Origin: Candidatus Obscuribacteraceae bacterium
GTDB taxonomy: Bacteria > Cyanobacteriota > Vampirovibrionia > Obscuribacterales > Obscuribacteraceae
Length of the DNA: 64,000 nt
Reading direction: 5' to 3'
Assembly (NCBI GenBank): GCA_044226015.1
Contig: JBGAHS010000001.1
Span: forward strand, 320,001 to 384,000
The translations under genes were made by a program, and so were the position numbers. Shown here one piece after another: positions 38,437 through 47,590 of this stretch. The notes beneath the pieces are model-generated. The model ran no database searches. It worked only from the letters and a program-made list of their open reading frames with translations, and was not told where the DNA came from. Numbering within the stretch: the first letter of the stretch is position 1; the number at the start of each line of letters is the position of its first letter.

Positions 38437-38499
38437 GTTAGAAAATTGAATACCAGCTAAGGCTGATTATCATAATTCTTATGACTCTGGTGCATAATT

Positions 38500-39186
38500 T
38501 TGGCAAAAATAATTCTCGTTGAAGACGAACAGTTCATTGCTAACAGTGTCAAAAACTGGTTGGAGAATGAAAATCACACAGTCGATGTTGTAAGCAATGG
38601 CGACGATGGACTTTATCGTTTGTTGAATTATTCATACGATTTGGCGATTCTAGATTGGCAACTCCCCGGCATGCAAGGTGCCGATATTTGTCGTGAACTA
38701 CGTGCAAAACAATACGAGATTCCAATATTGATGCTGACGTCGAGATCTAGCCTGCCTGACCGATTGGAAGGCATAGAAAGTGGAGCCTTCGACTACATGG
38801 TGAAGCCCGCGTCACTGGAGGAATTGAGTGCGCGGGTAAGGGCACTTCTTCGAAGAATAACTCCTCCAGAACTTGCAAGTGTGATTGTCGCGAATCTCGA
38901 ATTGAAGAAGGAGTCGCATGAAGCATTTGTAAACAACGAAAAGCTAGCGCTCTCCCCTATAGAGTTTCAACTTCTGGAATTGTTTTGTGAAAATCTTGAT
39001 AGAACCATCACTGCCGACAGTATTGTAAGAAAATTATGGGCTGGAAAAGAAACTCAATCCAGGCAACACTTACGTGTGCATATGACACATTTACGGCAAA
39101 AGCTGAAGTCAGCCCAGTGCCAGCTTGTAATAGTCAGCCCCAGTGGTGGTGGCTATTTGGCGCAAAAACAGAGCGAGTCAGGCTAG
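38500..39186 (+). CDS. OmpR-family response regulator
   Basis: LVEDE, LDWQLPG, KP, winged-helix C-terminus; divergent from the kinase gene. Confidence 0.93.
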   Translation: MAKIILVEDEQFIANSVKNWLENENHTVDVVSNGDDGLYRLLNYSYDLAILDWQLPGMQGADICRELRAKQYEIPILMLTSRSSLPDRLEGIESGAFDYMVKPASLEELSARVRALLRRITPPELASVIVANLELKKESHEAFVNNEKLALSPIEFQLLELFCENLDRTITADSIVRKLWAGKETQSRQHLRVHMTHLRQKLKSAQCQLVIVSPSGGGYLAQKQSESG

Positions 39187-40961
39187 TTAGATTTGCCAGT
39201 GAGTTTCTTTTCAATAGCAACCAATTGGGCTCTGGCAGCTTTTCTTGCTGAAATAAATTCTTCCTTGTCAGCCTCTGTTAGCTCAAGTACCTGTTTGTAA
39301 GAGTCCTGCGCACCTTTTAGGTCATTACACTCCATCTGGCAGAAACCCAAGTTTGTATAATTGGAGGTTAGTGCCCGGCTGAGGTTCAATCTCGCTTCCT
39401 TCTCCGCGTAAGATCTTCCCATCGAACCGCCAAAGTATTGGATCGCTCCTTGGTAATTGCTGCCATCTGTACGCAGAATGTTGATGCTGCGATTGAAGAA
39501 TGGTCTTGCTTCATCATAGTGTTTCATTAGCATCTCAGTGTCTGCTGCCGATTCAAGTGCTCCTAATAAAGCCAGTCTTCGTTGACCATTCGACTTCTCT
39601 GTGAGGGCGATTACTTTCTCGTACACTTTCATTGCCTCGGGCAGTTTATTTTGAAATCGATAGTTGCTTGCCAGGGACAAAAGCAGGCTTTCGTCTGTAG
39701 TTAAGTTCAGTTTCTCGAAATCATTGGACGCATGAGCTAGTTCTCGCAGTTTGAGAGCTCTAATGCGCAGTGGTACGGCGGCTTTGTAGTTTTGAACATC
39801 GTCATATATCTGGGCAAGATCTTCCAGCGGTGAGATGAGATAGGGGCTGTTGCCGCCATATCTTTTTTCTTTCATTGCAAGAATTCTCTTTTGAGCTTCG
39901 ATGCTTGAAAGCTTTATTTTTTTTCCGTGGTCTTGCGGAATCGAATCTCTGTGCACTGCCTTTTCGGGCATCAATTTTAAGCGAAAAAGCATCGTCATCG
40001 ATGTAATTGCAAGAAGGAATACAAACGGTACGGACTGAAGAAAAATGCTCTTATTGGTTCTCGTGGTGAACTTCTTGTTCCAGCTAGTGCAACGGCGTGG
40101 CAGTATTTTATGGAGATCGAGATTACCTTTTATTGCTTCCGTTATCTCATCGCAGCGGGAGAATCGGTCCTCTGATTCCTTTTGAATGCACCTCAAGATA
40201 ATCGCCTTAAATAAAGAATCTTTTGTGTGATTTGTTAACCGAAATTCTGGTTCGGAGGGGAAAAGATTTTGGTGGAAATAGAATGATGTTAGTGGTGTTT
40301 CCGATTCGAAGTTGGACTTTCCACTTAGAAGTTCCATCATGATGTAACCAAAAGCATAAATATCCCAACTGGCATCAACATTCGGCAGTGAAAGAATTTG
40401 TTGGGGGCTCATATATCGATAATTTCCGACCAGAGCCCCAGTCCTTGTAAGTTTCTGAATTTCAGGGTCAAGAAGTTTAGCAAGCCCGAAATCTATCAAA
40501 CGAACGCGAAAGCCGTCAGCATCTTTTTGCAAGTAAATATTAGATGGACTCAAATCGCGATGAATAATTCCACAACTATGTAGATATGTGAGCGCCTTCA
40601 ACGATTGCAGCAAAATAGATTCAGCAAGTTCTAAATCCAGCGGCTCTTGCCGAATCAACTTACTGAGAGCTTGTCCCTCCAGGTGCTCCATAACCAGAAA
40701 TGGCGTGCTTTCGTCAAAAAAATCCATTGTGTAAATTGACACGATGTTCGGATGTGAAAGTTGAGCAAGAATTTGAGCTTCTCGTTTATATCGGTCAATA
40801 TCAGATATATCAATTAACTTCAGTAGCTTGATTGCTACTTTTCGGTTGAGCTTCTCGTCAACGGCCGTATAAACGTAGGCGAATCCGCCCTCACCGATAA
40901 AATCGACAATGCGATAGTGGCTACCAATTACGGTACCTGGCGTTAGTTTAACGAGGCTCAT
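39183..40961 (-). CDS. Hanks-type Ser/Thr kinase with TM and C-terminal TPRs
   Basis: GEGGFA, VAIK, HRDLSPSN, DFG, YMSPQQ; TM segment; TPR repeats. Confidence 0.92.
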   Translation of the reverse strand: MSLVKLTPGTVIGSHYRIVDFIGEGGFAYVYTAVDEKLNRKVAIKLLKLIDISDIDRYKREAQILAQLSHPNIVSIYTMDFFDESTPFLVMEHLEGQALSKLIRQEPLDLELAESILLQSLKALTYLHSCGIIHRDLSPSNIYLQKDADGFRVRLIDFGLAKLLDPEIQKLTRTGALVGNYRYMSPQQILSLPNVDASWDIYAFGYIMMELLSGKSNFESETPLTSFYFHQNLFPSEPEFRLTNHTKDSLFKAIILRCIQKESEDRFSRCDEITEAIKGNLDLHKILPRRCTSWNKKFTTRTNKSIFLQSVPFVFLLAITSMTMLFRLKLMPEKAVHRDSIPQDHGKKIKLSSIEAQKRILAMKEKRYGGNSPYLISPLEDLAQIYDDVQNYKAAVPLRIRALKLRELAHASNDFEKLNLTTDESLLLSLASNYRFQNKLPEAMKVYEKVIALTEKSNGQRRLALLGALESAADTEMLMKHYDEARPFFNRSINILRTDGSNYQGAIQYFGGSMGRSYAEKEARLNLSRALTSNYTNLGFCQMECNDLKGAQDSYKQVLELTEADKEEFISARKAARAQLVAIEKKLTGKSN

Positions 40962-41273
40962 CGATGCTTCACAGGCTTGTGAATGATCTATTCCCTGTTT
41001 TGGATTTTCGTTAGCGCAGATCTTCATAGGACCCTTTGAACACCCTTTCAAACACTAAAGCAGACCGCGGGTTGGTCTGCTTTGTGCGGAGTTTGATGCT
41101 CTTTCATCTTATTCAAGGGGCATTAATTTTTTGTGGCATGAGTGCACACGTGATTTCACGATTTCCTTCCACAATTTATTAATCCCCGAAGTTGTTCAAT
41201 TCCAACAGTTCGACATCCCCATTTGAAGGCAACAAAGGGCGTTTGCATTTCTCTATAATTAAGGAGTCTTCGC

Positions 41274-43372
41274 ATGGACAGACACTCACCCCGGGACAAT
41301 GAAACGCAATCGCACGAGGTTTCTGGTGCAAGCAAGGAATTCCCATCACAAGTTCGTGGTGAACTACACAATGCTGCTTATGAAGGGGCGATCAAAAATC
41401 TAAAGTGGCGTCCCCAAAATGACCCTGCTAATAAGGTTTTGAGTACACTTTCCTTTATTGATAAATCAGCGATTGTGGCAAAGGAGGGCGGCGCTGCGCT
41501 GAAAGATTCTGTTGTTGATTCTATTGTGGGCGTTCATAACATACATCTTGGTAAAGATGTTGATTTGCCTGTACCTAAGGCACTGGAGACAGTGGCTGCA
41601 GGTGCTGCAATTGGTTTCGCCTCTCGCACACTGCTTCCTCAGCTAGGTGTATTTGGTAAGTTGGGCAATGCTGCGTTGGCAGTGGCTCTTACTGCTCCGG
41701 TGGCAAAGCAGGCTTTTGATGCAGCCAATGAATTCAAGCATGCCAGAATGGAAAATGACCTTCGACATGCTTCACATGAAATGGGCGCAGTAGTTGGTAG
41801 TCTTGCAGCAAGCACACCCCTTGGTATTGCAGGCTTTAGAGCTGGTACTTTAGCTGCTGATCGCGTTCTAGTTTTGCCTTCAATGGCTGAATTCAATTCC
41901 AGCAAGGCTCAAAAATTCGATGCTGTGAATGATTGGATGCGTGAAAGAATAAATGATGGTGCGGCACATGCAAAAAATTTCGCTGTAGGTGAGAGCCGAT
42001 ATCCGGGCTCTCATGGCGTCGCTGAACAGTTCCCGCAAATTACCGATTCCTTGCGCAATGGAATTAAGGGGACTGATTACGCTTTGCCGACAGTCAAGCT
42101 GTCTGAAAATATAGGAAAGGACGCCCGCGTGTTGGTTGTTACAGGTCATGGTGTTGAGGCACCGGAATTTACTGAAGTCGTGAAAGCCATGAAAGGTGCC
42201 GGTGCTGAGGTTACTGTAGCAACTCCAGATTGGACATGGGATTATCAACCAAAAAATCCTGGTAAAGTCACACTGGCTCAATGGTTAGCGAATGACCACG
42301 TTCTGCAGGGCGATATCTCGGTTTCGAATGCGGCCAAGATGATGAGTGAGGGTAAATTTGATGCGATGTATATTCCAGGCGGCGCTGGAAACACTGCGGC
42401 TATAAGAACAGATTCGGCGATTCAAGCTCTAGTCAGGCAGTCACTTCAACAGAAGCTCGACACATGGACAATCTGTCATGGAGGCCAGGTCTTTGTTAGT
42501 GCTTTAGAGAAAAACTCGGGCATTAAGCTAACCGGTTCTGGCGATATAACTGCTCAAGATTTGCCAAACGCAGGTTTCGTTGTTCCGAAGGATCCTGTTG
42601 TGTTTGACTCGACTCATAAAATACTGAGTGGGAAGGATCCAAGTGTCTTGAACGAATTCATCACCGCCATTGGTGACAGATTCAAGAGTATACAAGAACG
42701 GAAACTTAGTCCGGTAGCAGCTGCTCCTAAGCCGTTCTCAACACCAGTTGAGCTGCTGGCGCAATCAATTGCAGAGCGTCCTCCTGTGCCATCGGCTTCA
42801 GAGCTTCGCTACCCTGGAGCAGCGCCAAGTTATCCTCGTGGTCTTCGAGCCGAGTCCTCTGCTGTTTCGGGATATCCAGAAGGGCTGGACAGTTGGAAGA
42901 GAACGGGACCCCGAGATACCGCCGTTGATACCAGTGCTGCGAAGATTCCACAGGGTGATACCAGATATCCTCAAAATAATCCCAACTATCCAAAAGAATT
43001 AGGTGGACCCGGTGCAGCAGCAGAAGTTCCCGTTCCAGCTGTTTCGGGATATCCAGAAGGGTTGGACAGTTGGAAGAGAACGGGACCCCGAGATACCGCC
43101 GTTGATACCAGTGCTGCGAAGATTCCACAGGGTGATACCAGATATCCTCAAAATAATCCCAACTATCCAAAAGAATTAGGTGGACCCGGTGCAGCAGCAG
43201 AAGTTCCTGTTCCAGCTGTTTCGGGATATCCAGAAGGGTTGGACAGTTGGAAGAGAACGGACCCCGAGATACCGCCGTTGATACCAGTGCTGCGAAGATT
43301 CCACAGGCTGATACCAGATATCCTCAAAATAATCCCAACTATCCAAAAGAATTAGGTGGTCCACGCAAATAG
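41274..43372 (+). CDS. DJ-1/PfpI-family domain fused to a divergent copy of the shared N-terminal domain, with C-terminal 59-aa repeats (1-bp frameshift near 43260)
   Basis: GVEAPEF, FDAMYIPGG, ICHG; the ORF as given stops at 43355, while restoring one G gives ...KELGGPRK-TAG at 43372. Confidence 0.85.
42861..43359 (+). repeat. 177-bp near-perfect tandem repeat (about 2.8 copies)
   Basis: Units start at 42861, 43038 and 43215 (GCTGTTTCGGGATATCCAGAAGGG...). Confidence 0.95.
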
Positions 43373-43393
43373 TTTTTTTTCCGAAACGAAACG

Positions 43394-43429
43394 AGAGAAG
43401 GTCCCAGCTTTGGCTGGGACTTTTTCTTT
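43394..43429 (+). terminator. Intrinsic terminator
   Basis: GTCCCAGC/GCTGGGAC stem plus TTTTTCTTT. Confidence 0.8.
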
Positions 43430-43571
43430 GCCTTCTATGGAACTTTTTCCTTGCCTTAAATGGAGTTCGTGCTGTCTGCTCGGCCGACTTGGTAGAGATT
43501 TAAAATACGAAACCCCGCTTTTGGCAGGGTTACGTAAAGGGTAAAGGCTTGGGTTCGTTTGTAGTAATAGA

Positions 43572-43634
43572 TTAGCTGATTGCTAATGCTATCGAAATGT
43601 AGAAGAGAGCAAAATTGTTTGCATGAATCTGCAT
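43572..43634 (-). CDS. 20-aa peptide, element copy 4 (MQIHANNFALFYISIALAIS)
   Basis: ATG..TAA, 63 bp, homologous to copies 1-3. Confidence 0.5.
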   Translation of the reverse strand: MQIHANNFALFYISIALAIS

Positions 43635-43782
43635 TGGTTTCTTCGTTCCTCAGTTGCTAATGGTTTGTCCTTGAATTTGTGCTGGTCCGGTCGGTTGACT
43701 TGGTAGAGATTTAAAATACGAAACCCCGCTTGTGGCAGGGTTCCGTAAAGGGTAAAGGCTTGGGTTCGTTTGTAGTCTAATA

Positions 43783-43845
43783 TTAGGCTGAGCTAAGTAA
43801 TCGAAGTAGGTGTAAGTGAGCAAAATAGCCTGTGTATTTCCACAT
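43783..43845 (-). CDS. 20-aa peptide, element copy 5 (MWKYTGYFAHLHLLRLLSSA)
   Basis: ATG..TAA, again 63 bp despite strong divergence; retains F8-A9. Confidence 0.45.
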   Translation of the reverse strand: MWKYTGYFAHLHLLRLLSSA

Positions 43846-44032
43846 CAGGAGTTAGTAGAAGTATCGCATTGTCCACCCTGAAAGAACTTGTTCGATTAAA
43901 CCTTGCTTTAAACCTCGCGCTATGGAAGCAATGAAACGGTTCCACCGAGCAGTGGGATGCCCTGCCGATAGCTTGAAGTGAATTCAGTTGAGTTAGTGTT
44001 TTACAATAAGGTCTTCATCTCTGGAGCTTGGA

Positions 44033-44461
44033 ATGGAACCACGAATTGATCACATTCAAATTACAGTAAAGGACATTAGCAAAGCTGAGTTGTTTTACGA
44101 CCAGGTGTTACCCTTGCTGGGGTTTGATCCCACTAAAAAGAGCAGCGCCATCCTTGATTCACACGAGTTTCATGTGGTCGAGTGGAAGCACCCTGTGCTT
44201 TGCTTTGCTATTACTTCTCCCCGACAGACTTTTGCCAACGATATTGTAAATCGGAGAAAACCTGGTGCGTTACATCACCTGGCGTTCAAAGCCTCCACTC
44301 GAGCAGAGGTAAATTCAATTTTTGAGAAGCTCAAAAATCTTGGTGTCAATATTGTTAGTGCACCACGAGAGTATCCAGAATATACTCCGGCAGGATACTA
44401 CGCTCTGTTTTTTAAGGATCCCGATGGCATCAAATTTGAGGTCGTAAGCTATCCAACCTGA
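44033..44461 (+). CDS. VOC/glyoxalase family protein
   Basis: IDHIQITV, LHHLAF, YALFFKDPDGIKFE. Confidence 0.92.
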   Translation: MEPRIDHIQITVKDISKAELFYDQVLPLLGFDPTKKSSAILDSHEFHVVEWKHPVLCFAITSPRQTFANDIVNRRKPGALHHLAFKASTRAEVNSIFEKLKNLGVNIVSAPREYPEYTPAGYYALFFKDPDGIKFEVVSYPT

Positions 44462-44505
44462 GCATTAGCGACAACCGTCTCGATTTCCTTCCTGTTGAAT
44501 GTCCA

Positions 44506-44674
44506 GGAAAATCTGCGCTTTGAAGTCATTGCCGTGAACACGGAAAATCTTCGATTGCTATGAAAGCACGGAAAATCTCTGCACACGTGTTTTTCTTTTC
44601 CGGAAAATCATCGGGATATCAATTTTCTTTGATCAGATCCATCTCATGATTCAGCCCGACCCGTAAGATTTTCC
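44506..44674. promoter_or_regulatory. Array of GGAAAATC motifs upstream of recN
   Basis: Direct copies at 44506, 44542, 44570 and 44602; inverted copy at 44667. Confidence 0.5.
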
Positions 44675-44787
44675 GGGAAATGGTATCACTCAAAAATAAT
44701 CTTTATCCATTGGATATATTTTTTGCTGACATTTTTTTTGATGAGGTTATGATTAGTAGTGTTGGCTGATTTGGCTGGTTAAAACTT

Positions 44788-46503
44788 ATGCTTCTAGAGC
44801 TCGAAATTAAAGACTTTGCACTGGTAGAACATGTTCGGGTTCCATTTGCCTGGGGACTGAATGTTCTTACCGGCGAAACTGGCGCTGGAAAATCGATAAT
44901 TATGGATGCACTAAACGCGGTGCTTGGTGGCAAAGTTAGTGCTTCCGTTATCCGACCTCAGGCTGAGCGCGCTAACATCGAAGCGACCTTCAAAGTGACA
45001 CCGGAATTGCTCGGCTGGCTCAAAGAGCATGAGCTTTGTGAAGATGAAGAAGAGACATTCACGCTGAGCAGAGAGATAAGTAAGACTGCTTCGAAGCTCC
45101 GTATAAATGGAACGCTTGTAAACCTCTCTGTTATGGCAGATTTTCGCCAGCGCCTGGTCACAGTTCACGCTCAACATGAATCACGCACGTTGATGTCACC
45201 TCAAGCGCAGTTGGAATTGCTTGATGCTCTTGGAGACACTGAGCACAAGAAAATTCTTACTAAATTGAAAACCGTTTACGCTCGTCGCAAACAATTGGAT
45301 GCAGAACTCGATGAGTTGCGAAAAACAGAAGCTGACCGCGAGCGCCGTCTCGATTTTGCTCGTTTTCAAATGCAAGAGTTAGAGGCTGCTAACTTAGAAG
45401 ACCCCAATGAAGATGAGAGTGTGAACGAGCAGCGAAAGCTGCTTTCGAATGTCTCAGAATTAGAAAACTATCTCTCAAATTCTCAATCGATGCTAAGAGG
45501 GCACGATGGGGATGGTGAGGTTGGTGCTCTTGAACTAATTCAAAAAGCTCTCGCTGAATTGTCTAAGGCTGCCGAATGTGACAGCCGTTTAGTTGAAATG
45601 GAGTCTTCGCTGAATGAAGTTCTTGTTCGGCTTGAAGATGAAAGTCGAGCAATCAGAAAATACCTCGATGCACTGGATAGTGACCCAGAAACTCTTGCTC
45701 AACTAGATGAGCGTGCAGCAATGCTTGCGACAATTAAGCGCAAATACGGACCTGAACTTGCTCAGGCCATCGAGCGTCAGGGAGAGCTAGAAATTGAAAT
45801 TGAAAGGCTTACGAATACTGAGAACGAGATCCATGAGCTAGAATCTGAGCTGAGTTCCACAAATGGTGAACTTCTTGAATTAGCTAAGCTGCTATCCCAA
45901 ATGCGTGGAGTTCTTGCTGCTGATCTCTCACAGAGGATACACAAAGAGCTCAGTGATCTTGGAATGGCGAACTGTCGGTTCGAAGTAACTTTGAGCCGCC
46001 TTGAAGGAGCTGATTCGGAGGGGCTTGTAGGTCCATCGGGATCTGACAAGTGTGAATTTCTGATTTGTCCAAATCCTGGTCAACCTATGTTGCCCCTTGC
46101 AAAAATTGCTTCGGGTGGCGAGTTGAGCAGGGTGATGCTTGCGGTCAAAACCATTTTCGCCGGCGCAGAAAAAGCGTCGACTGTTGTGTTCGACGAGATT
46201 GATACAGGGCTGTCTGGTCGGGTGCTTCAGACCATGCGCGATAAGTTGGCCCGTCTGGCCCTCTCGCAACAGATTTTGTGCGTCACCCATCAGCCCATCA
46301 TTGCTTCAATAGCGGATGCTCACATTTACGTCAGCAAAGAACAAGGGTCGTCAAGCACTAGGACCTCAGTCAATATTTTGGACCAGAATGGCAGGCTCAA
46401 GGCTCTGGCTTCAATGGCTAGCGGACACGAAAACCAAGAAGTCGCACTAAGTTTTGCTCAGTCGCTTTTTGATGAAAGCATGCGTGTGAAAAAGGCTTTC
46501 TAG
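44788..46503 (+). CDS. recN: DNA repair protein RecN
   Basis: LTGETGAGKS, coiled coil, ASGGELSR, VFDEID, VTHQP. Confidence 0.97.
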   Translation: MLLELEIKDFALVEHVRVPFAWGLNVLTGETGAGKSIIMDALNAVLGGKVSASVIRPQAERANIEATFKVTPELLGWLKEHELCEDEEETFTLSREISKTASKLRINGTLVNLSVMADFRQRLVTVHAQHESRTLMSPQAQLELLDALGDTEHKKILTKLKTVYARRKQLDAELDELRKTEADRERRLDFARFQMQELEAANLEDPNEDESVNEQRKLLSNVSELENYLSNSQSMLRGHDGDGEVGALELIQKALAELSKAAECDSRLVEMESSLNEVLVRLEDESRAIRKYLDALDSDPETLAQLDERAAMLATIKRKYGPELAQAIERQGELEIEIERLTNTENEIHELESELSSTNGELLELAKLLSQMRGVLAADLSQRIHKELSDLGMANCRFEVTLSRLEGADSEGLVGPSGSDKCEFLICPNPGQPMLPLAKIASGGELSRVMLAVKTIFAGAEKASTVVFDEIDTGLSGRVLQTMRDKLARLALSQQILCVTHQPIIASIADAHIYVSKEQGSSSTRTSVNILDQNGRLKALASMASGHENQEVALSFAQSLFDESMRVKKAF

Positions 46504-46681
46504 GCTTTTAACGGACCTCTGCGAAGAAAAATTCCTTTTCAGGATTTATTGAACTACACAATTTGATCTCAAAGTTACCTCTGAACCTTTGGGATACAAA
46601 TGTTGCAGCGATCTTATATATGCTTATCATAAAGTTGACAATCATGCTTGAGGTTCAATAAAATCGTCTCTTGGCTCACTT

Positions 46682-46753
46682 TGGGGTGTCGCCAAGTGGT
46701 AAGGCAGCTGGTTTTGGTCCAGCCATTCCGAGGTTCGAATCCTTGCACCCCAG
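46682..46753 (+). tRNA. tRNA-Gln (TTG)
   Basis: Acceptor stem TGGGGTG/CACCCCA, anticodon arm GCTGG-TTTTGGT-CCAGC, T-loop GGTTCGAATCC; CCA not encoded. Confidence 0.97.
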
Positions 46754-46825
46754 CTCTTCCGCCATTCCGGTGCCAGTAGCCGGACAGGTGGCGGGTTTAA
46801 GCTCATTTCATTTAGAGGATTAGTC

Positions 46826-47404
46826 ATGGAAAGGATCTCGCTGAAGCTCGAAGGTCGTGAACCAAAGAAGCCAAATCAGCTAAGACGTGGTGGAATGATT
46901 CCGGTGACAGTTTATGGTCCCGAAACCAAGGCTGCTTCGTTTCAAGTAGCTCGCGAAACATTTAGTCGTTTGCCCGCAGCAGCTTTCAGTCAGATCGTCG
47001 ACCTCGAAACTCCGAGCGGCGCAGTGAAAGCCCTCATCAGACACGTTCAACGTAAGCACGTCACTAGTGAAGTACTGAACATCGAGTTCTATCAAGTGGC
47101 AAGTAATCGCAAGTTGACCGTGACAGTTCCATTGAAGTTTGTTGGAGTTTCACCAGCCGTTGCTAAAGGCGGACTTCTTGTTGAAATGCAACAGACCGTC
47201 GTTCTGGAATGCCTTCCAGGTGACATTCCTGAGTTTATTCAAGTCGATATCAGCAAGATTGAAGAAATCGATCATGGTATTCACTTCTCAGAATTGAGCA
47301 CCGGTAGTGGTGTCAAAATTCTGAATCCAGCAGAAGAACTTGTTGCTCGTGTTGTTCCGAAGAAGGGTGGCGGCGGCGGAGCTGCTGCACCAGAAAAGAA
47401 ATAA
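46826..47404 (+). CDS. rplY: 50S ribosomal protein L25/Ctc
   Basis: LRRGGMIPVTVYG, VPLKFVG, CLPGDIPEFIQVDIS. Confidence 0.93.
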   Translation: MERISLKLEGREPKKPNQLRRGGMIPVTVYGPETKAASFQVARETFSRLPAAAFSQIVDLETPSGAVKALIRHVQRKHVTSEVLNIEFYQVASNRKLTVTVPLKFVGVSPAVAKGGLLVEMQQTVVLECLPGDIPEFIQVDISKIEEIDHGIHFSELSTGSGVKILNPAEELVARVVPKKGGGGGAAAPEKK

Positions 47405-47432
47405 GCGGAATCGCGCAGCAAATGAAATCGAG

Positions 47433-47464
47433 AAACCGTCTCTTCGTGAGGCGGTTTTTTGTTT
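47433..47464 (+). terminator. Intrinsic terminator
   Basis: AAACCGTCTC/GAGGCGGTTT stem plus T tract after rplY. Confidence 0.8.
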
Positions 47465-47590
47465 GGCGAATGATTTGTTGCCGCTACAAGTTCTGTGTAA
47501 ACAACGCTGCCCTAGCAACCTTTTTTTGTTATTTCCGGAATTTGCGAGTAGGATTGTATTGGCTCTCTGCCAAGTTCTTTAATGCAATTG

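Larger units (their letters stand above)
43486..43845 (-). repeat. Two further copies (4 and 5) of the peptide-plus-terminator element
   Basis: Same ~70-bp core near 43499 and 43710, both preceded by GACTTGGTAGAGA. Confidence 0.95.

Noticed and set aside
43486..43845. Integron attC, IS end or group II intron remnant interpretation
   Set aside because: No RYYYAAC/GTTRRRY boundaries around cassettes, terminal inverted repeats, target duplications or domain V motif were seen, and there is no integrase, transposase or reverse transcriptase in the window.
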